From Akkermansia sp. (GTDB lineage Bacteria > Verrucomicrobiota > Verrucomicrobiia > Verrucomicrobiales > Akkermansiaceae): a stretch of 64,000 bases of DNA. The DNA lies in assembly GCA_045646325.1 (NCBI GenBank), contig JAZRKM010000046.1:29405-93404 (forward strand), read 5' to 3'. A program made the translations under genes and the position numbers. This document shows, piece after piece, positions 36,633-46,306 of this stretch. The notes beneath the pieces were generated by a model. The model saw nothing but the letters and a program-made list of their open reading frames with translations, made no database searches and was not told the origin of the DNA. Every line of letters starts with the position of its first letter. Position 1 is the stretch's first letter.

Positions 36633-37529
36633 TTAATCTCTGCGCCGGCGGCGGTTCCTGCGCTTTTTGCGGCGCGGTTCATCGCTATTCTTTGCCTTTT
36701 CCCGGGGGTGCTCAGCTTTTACCTCCTCTTTGGCGGGAGCAGGGGGCGGCGGGGCGGCGGTTTCCGCTTGCAGTGCCTGCGACTCAGGGTCGGGCGCAGG
36801 CGGCCCTATACGGAAGCGCAGCACATAGCTCCCCTGAGCCAGCATGGTGCCATCGCCCGGGGTGCGCTCGCTGAAATCGTAGGTAAGGTACAGGTATTCG
36901 CCGTTGGTGCGGCGGGTGATGGTCAGCGTCTCGCTGATGCGGGAGAGAGCATCCTCTTTTTTGAGCACCCAGGCTGTACCTTTGCGCGCGCCGTAGGCGT
37001 TGTCTGACGTGGTGGTGATTTCGGTGGGGGTGAGCTCGCCGTTTGCTGAAATCCACACATTGCTGTCGGCTCTGTAAACCAGGCTGCAGATGGTCAGCGG
37101 TGTGACTTTGCCCGTGAAGGTGTTGACCGTTACGCCGTGCAGGGACCACTCATTGTTCCCGCGGTTGTAGATGCCGACCTGTACTTTCTGCACGGGTGTA
37201 ATGGCTATTTTTTTCCACTCAGCCTTGTATTTTTCGTAGTCTGCTCGGTCAGGCCAGAAGTCGGCCGTGTAGCTTATCAGCGTGGTGGAGCTGTAGTTTT
37301 TCAAGAACTCGAGTTTCTTTTCCAACGAAAGTTGCTGCAGTTTGGTGGTCAGATTCTTCTGCATGTCGATGAACTCCGCCGTCGGGGTCAGGGTGACGGA
37401 CTCGCCGTTCAGGCGCATGCCATTACCGGGGAAATTCTGCAGAGCCGGGGGGACAATATCTGTTCCTGCAGCTGTACACACCGGTGCAACTGTTGCCAAC
37501 AAGGCTGTGATGAAGGAGAGAGGTTTCAT
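36633..37529 (-). CDS. Hypothetical exported protein with a poly-Arg C-terminal tail
   Basis: Signal peptide, Pro/Ala linker, ends EPRRKKRRNRRRRRD; promoter TTGCCA-17-TAAAAT upstream. Confidence 0.75.
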   Translation of the reverse strand: MKPLSFITALLATVAPVCTAAGTDIVPPALQNFPGNGMRLNGESVTLTPTAEFIDMQKNLTTKLQQLSLEKKLEFLKNYSSTTLISYTADFWPDRADYEKYKAEWKKIAITPVQKVQVGIYNRGNNEWSLHGVTVNTFTGKVTPLTICSLVYRADSNVWISANGELTPTEITTTSDNAYGARKGTAWVLKKEDALSRISETLTITRRTNGEYLYLTYDFSERTPGDGTMLAQGSYVLRFRIGPPAPDPESQALQAETAAPPPPAPAKEEVKAEHPREKAKNSDEPRRKKRRNRRRRRD

Positions 37530-37617
37530 GAGCTACAATCCTTATTTTATCAGGTGTTGCGTGCTTTGGCAAGCAGGAAAATATGTAAAAATAAGCTGTT
37601 CGCGGCGGCAATAAAAC

Positions 37618-38817
37618 TCAGAGTACATTGTTACTCCACTGGGGGGCGGGCTGGGGGTCAGCCAGGCCGCAAATGCGGTCAATCATGCGGTCCCAGTATT
37701 CCTGACCCTGCTCAATGTCAATCTGAATGCGCAGGAAGTAGATAGGTACCTCCATCTCGCCGGGTTTGAGGAATCGCACGGCGTCTTTTTCCGTGGTGAC
37801 AATGATATCCATCGCGCGGTCAGCGCAGCGCTCGACAAAGGTTTCGAGGTCAGCCTGGTCGAACCAGTAGTGGTCGGGGTAGCGGCGGCGGATTTCAACG
37901 TGAGCACCGAGTTCTTCCACCAGGCCTTCGAAGCTCTCAGGGCGGGCGATACCGCTCATGCAGGCCACGTATTTATCTTTCAGGAAAGAGAGAGGTTTAC
38001 GCTCGCCGGTAAAGATGTTTTCGAGGTAGGACGGCCCGTGGTTGGTGACGACGATATCGGCTGTTTTGTTGTATTTGCGGATGGTGGAGATAAGCTCGCC
38101 CTGAGGTTTGCCGCCGCTCTTGGTCAGAATGATGTAGCTGGCGCGAGCCAGGCTGGAGCGGGGCTCGCGCATCGTACCGCGCGGCAGCAGGGAGCCGGTG
38201 CCGAAGGGGAACCCGCAGTCTACGAGCACGATGTCAATCTCGTGCTTGAGCTTGAGGTACTGCATGCCGTCATCGAGTATGAGGGTGTTTCTCCCCAGCT
38301 GCTCAATGGCGAATATGCCGGATTTCACGCGGTCTTTATCTACCAGAACCGCCACCCCATCAAGGTTGCGGGCCAGCATGAAGGGTTCGTCACCGGCATA
38401 GAGGGGGCTCAGGTAACGCGTCACGCCATCGCTGGCAATTTTGGGCAGATTGTGTACGGGCTTGCCGTGAGCATCGAACCATTCCTGCGGTTCATCGAGC
38501 GGCTCGCTTTTATAGCCGCGAGTCAGAATGGCGCATTTGCGGCCACGCTCAGCCAGTGTGCGCGACAGTAGCTCCACCACGGGGGTTTTGCCGGTGCCGC
38601 CGGCCGTGATGTTACCCACGCTTACCACAAACGTACCCAGATAACGTACCGTTTTCAGGCGGCGCCGGAACAGAAACAGGCGTGCCTTAATCAGAATATA
38701 GAAGAAAAAGCTCGCAAATCGAAGAGCACACTTCATCAGCCACGCACGAAAACCATGCGCCCGCCCGAACACCACTTCGGTGCCCCATTCTGCGAACTCA
38801 TCCATGCGTGATTTCAT
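37618..38817 (-). CDS. lpxK: Tetraacyldisaccharide 4'-kinase
   Basis: SVGNITAGGTGKTP, LTRGY, GDEP, ILDDGMQ, LLPRGTMRE, SGIARPESF, VTTEKDAV. Confidence 0.95.
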   Translation of the reverse strand: MKSRMDEFAEWGTEVVFGRAHGFRAWLMKCALRFASFFFYILIKARLFLFRRRLKTVRYLGTFVVSVGNITAGGTGKTPVVELLSRTLAERGRKCAILTRGYKSEPLDEPQEWFDAHGKPVHNLPKIASDGVTRYLSPLYAGDEPFMLARNLDGVAVLVDKDRVKSGIFAIEQLGRNTLILDDGMQYLKLKHEIDIVLVDCGFPFGTGSLLPRGTMREPRSSLARASYIILTKSGGKPQGELISTIRKYNKTADIVVTNHGPSYLENIFTGERKPLSFLKDKYVACMSGIARPESFEGLVEELGAHVEIRRRYPDHYWFDQADLETFVERCADRAMDIIVTTEKDAVRFLKPGEMEVPIYFLRIQIDIEQGQEYWDRMIDRICGLADPQPAPQWSNNVL

Positions 38818-38824
38818 GTCCGTT

Positions 38825-38853
38825 ATTCTACTCCACTCACCATCACATGTCAA
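38825..38853 (-). promoter_or_regulatory. Sigma70-type promoter of lpxK (leaderless type)
   Basis: TTGACA 38848-38853, 17 nt, TAGAAT 38825-38830, 7 nt to ATG 38817. Confidence 0.85.
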
Positions 38854-38952
38854 CAGAGAAGATACGGAAAGATTAAATATTTCTGTTCTTCGTCTGCGGA
38901 AGGGGCTTTGTGCCGGTATCTTTCTTGTGTTGTTGCTACGGTGATTGCCAAA

Positions 38953-38984
38953 AAAAGCTGAGCAGCGGTGGCTGCTCAGCTTTT
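38953..38984. terminator. Intrinsic terminator after the 474-aa hypothetical gene
   Basis: AAAAGCTGAGCAGC-ggtg-GCTGCTCAGCTTTT perfect inverted repeat. Confidence 0.88.
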
Positions 38985-39007
38985 GGAAAGGAAAGACGTC
39001 TTTCGTT

Positions 39008-40432
39008 TTATCGGCGCGGGCGACGGCGTGCGGGCTGCTCGGGCTTGGTGGGGGCAGGGGCTGCCTCACCCTTGGGGTACCAGATGGAGTTGTCGCTGGT
39101 CACCACCACGAAACCTTGCTCCAGAAGCCAAATCATATCGGCTGCATAGGGGGCGTAGGCCTCGGAGGCTGCCTGGCGGCTCTCGTCATCTGTGCCGGCG
39201 GGTACGCCGGAAAGCTCGGCAAACATGGCCTCGACCTTCTCGCCGGAGTGCTCCTTGCTCCAGTTGACGATAGCCATCATGCGGTCGGCCAGTACGGTGT
39301 CTGCCGGAATGGCGCGCACGCGGCTGGGGCCGGTGAAGTGATTGCCCTGCCATTTGTAAATAGGCATGTGGTGGCGGGCCAGACCGTGGCAGAGGTTCGG
39401 AATGAGCATCTGCGGGGAACGGCGGGTCTTGTCGGACAGGATAGCCAGGTGAGCGGCCAGGCCGGGGGAGAGAACCTTGCGCGGTGTAGCCCCGTTGATG
39501 AACACCTTGTCTACAGTCTCGTATACCTTGGCATAGTGGTTGGCGATGAAGTCGGCTTCGACAGCCTTGGCGTCCTCAAGCACAATATCATCAGCGCCTT
39601 CGCGGGTGGGCTTCCACACTGTCTTCTTACCGGCGCTTGCCAGCCAGGCCTGTACGGCTTCTTCGTCTTTGTTGAGGGAAATGCGGTTCTTGAAGGTATC
39701 GAGCGCCATGTTGCTGTACTTGGAACGGTACAGGTTCATGAGAGCAGCCTGATAGCCGTGCCAGTTGACGGGGCCGATGACCTCGCCGCCCATCTGGCAG
39801 GTGGCAATGGCGGTGAAGTTGCCCTTGGGGGCCTCCGTCTCCACCTCTTCAGCGGTGTAGAGTTCGCTGAACCAGGGGGCAGACCACAGGTAGCTCACGG
39901 CCTCGGCTTCAGTCAGCCAGCAGGCGTTGTCATCCTTCAGGGAGTGGATGAGCATGGGGCCGTTCTCGAGCTTCATGAACACGAGGTCATAGCGGTCCTT
40001 GCCGGCAATGACGATGCGGGAGAGGTCGAGCAGGGGGAGGGCGCGCTTCTGTTTGGCGATTTCTTTACTGAACAGTTCCAGTATGGCGTTGGTGGGGCGC
40101 AATTCTACGCGGAAACCGTCTGCCGGCTGCGGTAACTCGCGGCGGGGCGCTTCCTCTCGCCCGGGGCGGCGGTCACGCCCGGGGCGCGGGGCGCCTCTGC
40201 GGGGGGCGCGCTCATCGCGGGCGGTGGCGTCATCCCTGCGCGGGCGGGAATCACGGCGGTCAGTACTGGGTCTGCGGGGTGCACCGCGGCGCTCGGGGCG
40301 CTCGCTGCTGTGCATCTTAGGCAGGGACGGTGCAGTATCGGCACCCGGTTTGGCCCAGGCGGGACCAAACTGGAAACCGGTCAGCTCGGAAAGGTCAAAG
40401 GGCGTGTTGCCCCCCTGTGTGCTGTCTTCCAT
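39008..40432 (-). CDS. Hypothetical cytoplasmic protein with Arg-rich disordered N-terminus
   Basis: 474-aa ORF, strong codon bias, own terminator; no family recognised. Confidence 0.8.
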   Translation of the reverse strand: MEDSTQGGNTPFDLSELTGFQFGPAWAKPGADTAPSLPKMHSSERPERRGAPRRPSTDRRDSRPRRDDATARDERAPRRGAPRPGRDRRPGREEAPRRELPQPADGFRVELRPTNAILELFSKEIAKQKRALPLLDLSRIVIAGKDRYDLVFMKLENGPMLIHSLKDDNACWLTEAEAVSYLWSAPWFSELYTAEEVETEAPKGNFTAIATCQMGGEVIGPVNWHGYQAALMNLYRSKYSNMALDTFKNRISLNKDEEAVQAWLASAGKKTVWKPTREGADDIVLEDAKAVEADFIANHYAKVYETVDKVFINGATPRKVLSPGLAAHLAILSDKTRRSPQMLIPNLCHGLARHHMPIYKWQGNHFTGPSRVRAIPADTVLADRMMAIVNWSKEHSGEKVEAMFAELSGVPAGTDDESRQAASEAYAPYAADMIWLLEQGFVVVTSDNSIWYPKGEAAPAPTKPEQPARRRPRR

Positions 40433-40565
40433 ATAAATTGATTCAGTAAAAAATCTGTAACTGTATCTAGACTACCGCTAAAATCGCCCGATTGCAATCT
40501 TTTTTTGCATTAGGGGAGAGAAAAAGCAGGCTTTTTGTCAGGTTTTCGGCTTTGCTGCGACCTGT

Positions 40566-42209
40566 TCAGAGAATTTCTTCGGTAAATTCCACGCCAACAA
40601 GGCAAATATCGTCATCCTGCTCCGGTGATTGAGTGAAGCTGTGCATGCCGGCCAGAGCAAAATCAAGCATTTCTTTTATGTTTTGCGGGGCGCTTTGTTG
40701 CAGGTAGTCCAGTATTCGCTGGGCCCCCATCTCTTCACCCTCGCGGTTGCGGGCTTCGGGGAGCCCATCAGTGAAGAGCATGAGTTTCATGCCGGGTTCG
40801 AGTGCGATGTCGCTTTCACGATAGGCGCTGTGCTCCAGTAGCCCCAGTGCCGGTGAGCGGCGCATGAGCGGCTGGAAGGCCACGCCGTCCGCCCCGAGAA
40901 TGATGGGAGCCGGGTGCCCGGCTGTGGTGATGGTCAGGCGGCGTGATTGCAGGTCGAAGTACACATAGCAGGCGGTGGTGAACATCGTCAGGTTCGCCCG
41001 GTCAAAAATACCCCAGAGCTGACGATTGAGGTTTGACAGGAAGAGTGCGGGCGTGTTGGCCAGGCTGGCAAATTGTTCCAGCAGCCCGCGCAGCATGGAG
41101 GCAATCAGCGCTGCCTGTACGCCGTGCCCCATCACATCGCATATCAGCATGCCGACCCCGCTTTCACCCACAGGGAATACCTCGAAACAATCGCCTGCTA
41201 CACCGGCGCAGGGGCTGTAGATGTGGTGGAATTGAGCCTGCCGCCGCAGGGTACCGTCTTCGCTCTGCCACTCGCGCGAGGGAATGCGCTGGGATTGCAG
41301 GGCAAACTGAATCTGGCGCGCGAGGTTGATTTCCTTTTCCAGCGCGCGGTTGCGCTGGTCAAGTTGCTCGGCCATTCGGCGGTAGCGCTGCTGGGTTTCG
41401 ACCAGTTCCGTTACATCCGATGATATGCCGACGATGCCTTTAACGGTACCATCGGTGGCGTACCAGGGGAATTTGGAGAGCTTGCACCACGAGCTGTGAC
41501 CACCTTTCCAGCTTTCTTTGTGAATGCGGTTGGTGATAGGGCGCCCGGTGCGCATGATTTCGAGTTCTTCCTGGCGCGCGATGTCGGTGGTATCGTCTGA
41601 GAAGAAGTGGGTGTCTTTGCGGCCGATGAGGTCAGAGGGGGTGCGCACGCCCATTTTGCGAGCGGTAGCCTCGTTAGCCATGACAAAGCGAGACTCGCGG
41701 TTTTTGTAGTAGATGTTGTCAGGCAGGTGGTTGATGAGGTTGCGGAAGAGGTCGCGATCTTCCATGGCGTGCATGTCTGCCATTTTGCGGCGGGTGATGT
41801 CTACCCACACGCCTACCAACTGCAGGGGCTTTTTGTCGGAGTCTTTTTCCAGCAGGCCGTTCACGCGAATCCACCGCCAGCCGCGCGAGCGCAGGTTGAG
41901 CAGGCGAACTTCCACGCGCAGCGGGGTAGTGGTCTGGCGGTCCAGATAGCGCTGTACCTCGTTGATGAAGTAGTTGCGGTCTTCCTCATGGATGGTGAGC
42001 TCCGGCTCGGTGAAGATATTGGGGGCATATTCTCGCACGGGCAGGCCCATCATCCGTATACACTGCTCGGTGTAGTAGATGTCACCGGTTTCGATATTCC
42101 AGCAATAAACCCCTTCTTCCGCAGCGCGCATGGCACGGCGTACCAGTGCCCAGTTGAACACATCCGGCACGGAACGGCGGGGAATTTTGTTGTCATTATC
42201 GCGGCGCAT
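40566..42209 (-). CDS. PAS-PAS-PP2C (SpoIIE/RsbU-type) serine phosphatase
   Basis: Two PAS/PAC repeats (IHEED...RWIRV; YYKNRESRF...SKFP), then AGDCF, ICDVMGHG, LFTDGLPE and DDDICL PP2C motifs. Confidence 0.9.
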   Translation of the reverse strand: MRRDNDNKIPRRSVPDVFNWALVRRAMRAAEEGVYCWNIETGDIYYTEQCIRMMGLPVREYAPNIFTEPELTIHEEDRNYFINEVQRYLDRQTTTPLRVEVRLLNLRSRGWRWIRVNGLLEKDSDKKPLQLVGVWVDITRRKMADMHAMEDRDLFRNLINHLPDNIYYKNRESRFVMANEATARKMGVRTPSDLIGRKDTHFFSDDTTDIARQEELEIMRTGRPITNRIHKESWKGGHSSWCKLSKFPWYATDGTVKGIVGISSDVTELVETQQRYRRMAEQLDQRNRALEKEINLARQIQFALQSQRIPSREWQSEDGTLRRQAQFHHIYSPCAGVAGDCFEVFPVGESGVGMLICDVMGHGVQAALIASMLRGLLEQFASLANTPALFLSNLNRQLWGIFDRANLTMFTTACYVYFDLQSRRLTITTAGHPAPIILGADGVAFQPLMRRSPALGLLEHSAYRESDIALEPGMKLMLFTDGLPEARNREGEEMGAQRILDYLQQSAPQNIKEMLDFALAGMHSFTQSPEQDDDICLVGVEFTEEIL

Positions 42210-42408
42210 CACTATTACTTTTACGCTTTTGTACACCGTATTTCAAGCTAAAACTTTCCCGAGAGCTGACTTTTTCATCGTTACTCGGGGTGATTTCTGC
42301 GGCTTAGCGCCTTCTTTGATAAATTTGGGTAAATTTGTGTAGCTTGTTGCTTGACACGGCGTGTGCAAGTGGTAGAATGCAGAGAGTACCCGCAATTTTT
42401 TATCAGAT

Positions 42409-43380
42409 ATGGAACAGACACCCGAAGAAATCTGGAAAAGCCTGCAAGCCACAATCAGCGACATTCGCAGGGAAACCGCCCGAGTCATCGTGGGGCAGCA
42501 GACGGTTGTGGAGCAAATGCTCGCGGCGCTGCTTTGCCGCGGCCACTGCCTGCTGGTGGGTGTGCCCGGTCTGGCCAAAACCCTGCTGGTGTCGACCCTG
42601 GGGCAGGTACTGGGGCTGAATTTCCGGCGCATACAGTTTACGCCGGACCTGATGCCCTCTGACATCGTGGGCAGTGAAATCTTACAGGGCAGTGCCGAGG
42701 GCGCTCGGCGGTTTGAGTTCGTGCCCGGCCCGGTGTTCACCAACCTGCTGCTGGCCGATGAAATCAACCGTACACCGCCCAAGACTCAGGCAGCCCTGCT
42801 TGAGGCCATGCAGGAAAAACAGGTTACGGTAGCCGGCACAACCCGCAACCTCAGCGAGCCTTTCATCGTCTATGCCACGCAGAACCCGGTTGAACACGAA
42901 GGTACTTACCCGCTGCCGGAGGCTCAGCTTGACCGCTTCTTCTTCCAAATCAACATAGATTATCCCACCCCGGCTGATGAGGAGGAGATACTGCGCCGCA
43001 CTGCCGGCCCTGACATGCCTGAGCCGCAGGTGCTGCTCTCGCCTGATAAAGTGCTGGAAATGCAGCGGGCCGTGACGTCCGTACCCGTGCCGGATGATAT
43101 TTACACCCTCATTGTGAAACTGGTACAGAGCACCCGCCCCGACAGTCCGCATGCTACTGATATGGTGCGGCGATATGTGGCGTGTGGCGCCGGTCCGCGT
43201 GCGGGGCAGTGTCTCGTGGCCGCCGCCCGCGCCATGGCCATGCTGCGTGGCAAGTTCAGCGTGAGCGAGCAGGAGGTGAAGGCCGTACTGCATCCCGTGC
43301 TGCGCCACCGCCTTATCCCCAACTATACCGCCACCGGTGAGGGGGTGAGTATGGAGAAGGTTATTGATAGCCTGATGTAA
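42409..43380 (+). CDS. MoxR-family AAA+ ATPase
   Basis: GVPGLAKT, RIQFTPDLMPSDI, LLADEINR, ALLEAMQE, ATQNPVE, LPEAQLDRF. Confidence 0.96.
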   Translation: MEQTPEEIWKSLQATISDIRRETARVIVGQQTVVEQMLAALLCRGHCLLVGVPGLAKTLLVSTLGQVLGLNFRRIQFTPDLMPSDIVGSEILQGSAEGARRFEFVPGPVFTNLLLADEINRTPPKTQAALLEAMQEKQVTVAGTTRNLSEPFIVYATQNPVEHEGTYPLPEAQLDRFFFQINIDYPTPADEEEILRRTAGPDMPEPQVLLSPDKVLEMQRAVTSVPVPDDIYTLIVKLVQSTRPDSPHATDMVRRYVACGAGPRAGQCLVAAARAMAMLRGKFSVSEQEVKAVLHPVLRHRLIPNYTATGEGVSMEKVIDSLM

Positions 43381-43394
43381 GAGCACCCCGATTT

Positions 43395-44273
43395 ATGGCG
43401 CAAGCACCCTCCATTCTGCGGCCGGAAGATATGACCCGCCTGGCGAACTATCGCTTTGCGGTGCGTATGATGGCCGAAGGGTGGCTCAGCGGCCGCCACC
43501 GGGCCCGAGGGCGTGGCAGCAGCAGCGATTTCCTCGAGTACCGCGCCTATGCCCCCGGTGATGACCCCCGGTTGATTGATTGGCGTGCGTTTGCCCGCAC
43601 GGATCGTCTGCAGCTGCGTACCTTTGAACATGAAACTCACCTGGAGTGTCACCTTTTCGTTGACAGTTCCGCTTCGATGGATTTCCGCGACCGAGGGCCT
43701 GTCAGCAAGTTGGCATACGCCTGCCATTTTGCTGCCTGTGTAGCTTGGCTGGTTGTGCGTGGGAAGGACAGGGTGTCTCTGCAACTCTTCGATGAACAAG
43801 TGCGTGATTACCTGCCGCCCGGCTCGGCAACAACTCATCTGAATCGCTGTCTGAGCCTGCTGGAGAATACCACCGCCGGCGGTCGCACCGACTTGCCGCA
43901 GGCGCTGGAGCGAGCCCGCGGGCTGGTCCGTCACCCGGTCACACTGGTGATAGTGAGCGACTTTATGTGTGACATTGCCGCTCTGCAAGCCGCGCTCAAC
44001 TCCTACCTGCACCTTGGCTGCAAGGTTGTGCTGGTGCAGGTGCTCGACCCCGGCGAACTGAGCCTGAGCGGGCAGGGGCTTGCCCGATTCGTGGATATGG
44101 AGAGCGGTGAGCGTGTGACCTGCAACCCCGATGAGTTGCGGCGCACCTACTCCGAGCGCATGGTAGCCATGCAGCAGCTCATGCACGCCATGGCTTCCGC
44201 TCGCGGTATGCTCTACCTGCCGACGACTACCGACCGTTCCTTTTACCCGCTTTTTGATGCTCTTGCCAAATGA
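43395..44273 (+). CDS. DUF58-family vWA protein
   Basis: FLEYRAYAPGDDPRLIDWRAFAR, VDSSASM MIDAS-like motif, VIVSDF. Confidence 0.9.
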   Translation: MAQAPSILRPEDMTRLANYRFAVRMMAEGWLSGRHRARGRGSSSDFLEYRAYAPGDDPRLIDWRAFARTDRLQLRTFEHETHLECHLFVDSSASMDFRDRGPVSKLAYACHFAACVAWLVVRGKDRVSLQLFDEQVRDYLPPGSATTHLNRCLSLLENTTAGGRTDLPQALERARGLVRHPVTLVIVSDFMCDIAALQAALNSYLHLGCKVVLVQVLDPGELSLSGQGLARFVDMESGERVTCNPDELRRTYSERMVAMQQLMHAMASARGMLYLPTTTDRSFYPLFDALAK

Positions 44274-46306
44274 TAATCAGCTTTGACAATCCGGCCTGGT
44301 GGCTGATGTGTGCGGCACTGGTACCCCTGCTGGTGCACCTCGTGGCGCGTACCCGCCCGGTGGTGCGGCGGTTCAGCTCCGTGGTGCTGCTGCGGGAGCT
44401 GGTGCGCTTGCAGAGCCGCCATGCGCGCCCTCGGGACTGGCTGCTGCTGGTGTTGCGTACCTTGCTTTGCGCGAGTGTGGCGGGGGCTTTTCTGTTGCCT
44501 TACCTTGGCGGTGGGGCTGATGGTGAAGGTGGACGTGCCCTGTTGCTGGTGCTTGATAATACGGCATCGATGGCAGCTGCGGATGGTCAGCAGGTGCGCA
44601 TGAACCGCGCTCTGAGTGTGGCACAGTCGGCCGTGCAGAATCTCGCGCCTCATGACCGCGTGAACCTCGTGACACTGGCCGGTTACCCGCGCTTCGTCTT
44701 TGACCGCCCGGAAAGCGCGCGCCCGCTCATTCTGCGCGAACTGTCGCGCACCGTCAGTCAACCCGCCGCTGCGGCGGATGTAGCCGCAGCGCTCGATTCT
44801 GCGCTGGCCCAGTTGCGCGACCTGCCTGACGGTGTGCAGGGGCAGGTGCTGCTGATATCTGACTTCCAGTCATCGACCATGCAACAGGCTGTGGAGAAAT
44901 GCCGTGAGCATGAGTCTTTCTGCTGCGTGAGTGTTGCGCAGACCGCTGCCGTGGAAAATACTGCCGTGACGGCTATGGCTCTTGCTCCCGCCCGCCCGCT
45001 GCCCGGGCAGACGGTCACTCTCACCGTCACCCTTCAGCACCGGCAGGGGGCTGCGCCCCGCAAGGGTAAACTCCCCCTGAGTGTGACTCTCAGCGCGGGT
45101 AATCTGCGCCTGTCTCAACCCTGCGAATTGGACTGCGGCGGGCAGGGGACGGTGCAGTTCGAGCTTACAGCCCCGCAGCAGCCCGGTGACTGGTTGCTCA
45201 CCGCACAGACGGAGTCAGATGCCTACCCGGGTGACAACACTCGCTACCTGGTTGTTCCCGTGGCTGATAAACTTGATTGTCTGGCTATAGCGGCAGACCG
45301 CGCTCAGCTGGGCTTCATGCTCCGGGCGCTGGAAAACACGCCTTTCCTGCGCACGCTGTACCTGCCGTCTGTTCCGGAGAATGCAGCTGATTTCGTGGTA
45401 TGGCATGCTCCCAAAGCGGCGGATGTACCGGCCATTCGGGAGCGTCTGGCCGCGGGAGAGAGCATACTCATCGTGCCCGACATGGTGAAAGATACGGCTC
45501 TGCTGCCCCTGCTGTGCAATCGCGAGGGAACTCTCGCCGGCGAGGTGCGTACGGATGGCGGCAACTGGCAGGTTCATATCTCCGCGCCGGATTCGCCCGC
45601 GTTTGCGCTTTTTTCGCCTGATTCTCTGCGCTCGTGGACTCAGGCCGGGGTGTATCGGCGTCTCTGCCCGGAGCCTGCCGCAGCAGATGGCGCTGTGACT
45701 CTGATGGAGTATGCGCTTGCGGAAGGTGAAACCCGCCCGGTGCCGGCCCTGTTGCGCAAAAAGGTCGGGCGCGGTCAACTGCTCGTCTGGAACATGCCCG
45801 TGACAGCCCGCGACAGCCGCCAGGGATTTTCGCCGCTCTACCTGCCCCTGCTGGCTGAGCAACTGCTCCATGCCCGTGCCTCGACGGATGACGCCGAGCC
45901 TATCGCCGGGCAGGATTTCCTGCAGCTGGACATCCCCGCGGGCGTACCTGCCGCCGATTTGCGCCTGCAGGCGGCGGATGGCACGGAATGCCCCATCGTG
46001 GTACAGGGGTGTACGGCCCGCTGCGAGCAGCCTGCCATGCCCGGTGTCTACCACTGGCTTGCCGGTGAAACCGTGTTGCGCACCGTGGCGGTCAATTTCC
46101 CGCGTCAGGAATCCGAGCTTCGCTCATTCACCCCGGAGGGCTCAACCTTCCTGCTTGATGTGCCGCACGCTGTGCAGAGCAGGGCGTTTGTCGGTCGGGT
46201 GGCGCTCTGGCCGTTCTTGCTGGGAATGGCGCTGCTGTTCTTTGTGATAGAGCTTCTCGTATGTCGCGTTCCGCGTGAGCGCAAAACCGCTAATACACCG
46301 TCATGA
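44270..46306 (+). CDS. BatA-domain + vWA membrane protein
   Basis: N-terminal FDNPAWW..LVPLLVHL..RRFSSVVLL (BatA), LDNTASM, LLISDFQ, C-terminal TM helix. Confidence 0.85.
   Translation: MIISFDNPAWWLMCAALVPLLVHLVARTRPVVRRFSSVVLLRELVRLQSRHARPRDWLLLVLRTLLCASVAGAFLLPYLGGGADGEGGRALLLVLDNTASMAAADGQQVRMNRALSVAQSAVQNLAPHDRVNLVTLAGYPRFVFDRPESARPLILRELSRTVSQPAAAADVAAALDSALAQLRDLPDGVQGQVLLISDFQSSTMQQAVEKCREHESFCCVSVAQTAAVENTAVTAMALAPARPLPGQTVTLTVTLQHRQGAAPRKGKLPLSVTLSAGNLRLSQPCELDCGGQGTVQFELTAPQQPGDWLLTAQTESDAYPGDNTRYLVVPVADKLDCLAIAADRAQLGFMLRALENTPFLRTLYLPSVPENAADFVVWHAPKAADVPAIRERLAAGESILIVPDMVKDTALLPLLCNREGTLAGEVRTDGGNWQVHISAPDSPAFALFSPDSLRSWTQAGVYRRLCPEPAAADGAVTLMEYALAEGETRPVPALLRKKVGRGQLLVWNMPVTARDSRQGFSPLYLPLLAEQLLHARASTDDAEPIAGQDFLQLDIPAGVPAADLRLQAADGTECPIVVQGCTARCEQPAMPGVYHWLAGETVLRTVAVNFPRQESELRSFTPEGSTFLLDVPHAVQSRAFVGRVALWPFLLGMALLFFVIELLVCRVPRERKTANTPS

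Noticed and set aside
38857-38927. Imperfect inverted repeat (AAGATAC...GTATCTT) in the lpxK intergenic region
   Set aside because: Short arms with a bulge and no convincing promoter or terminator pairing; too weak to call an ncRNA.
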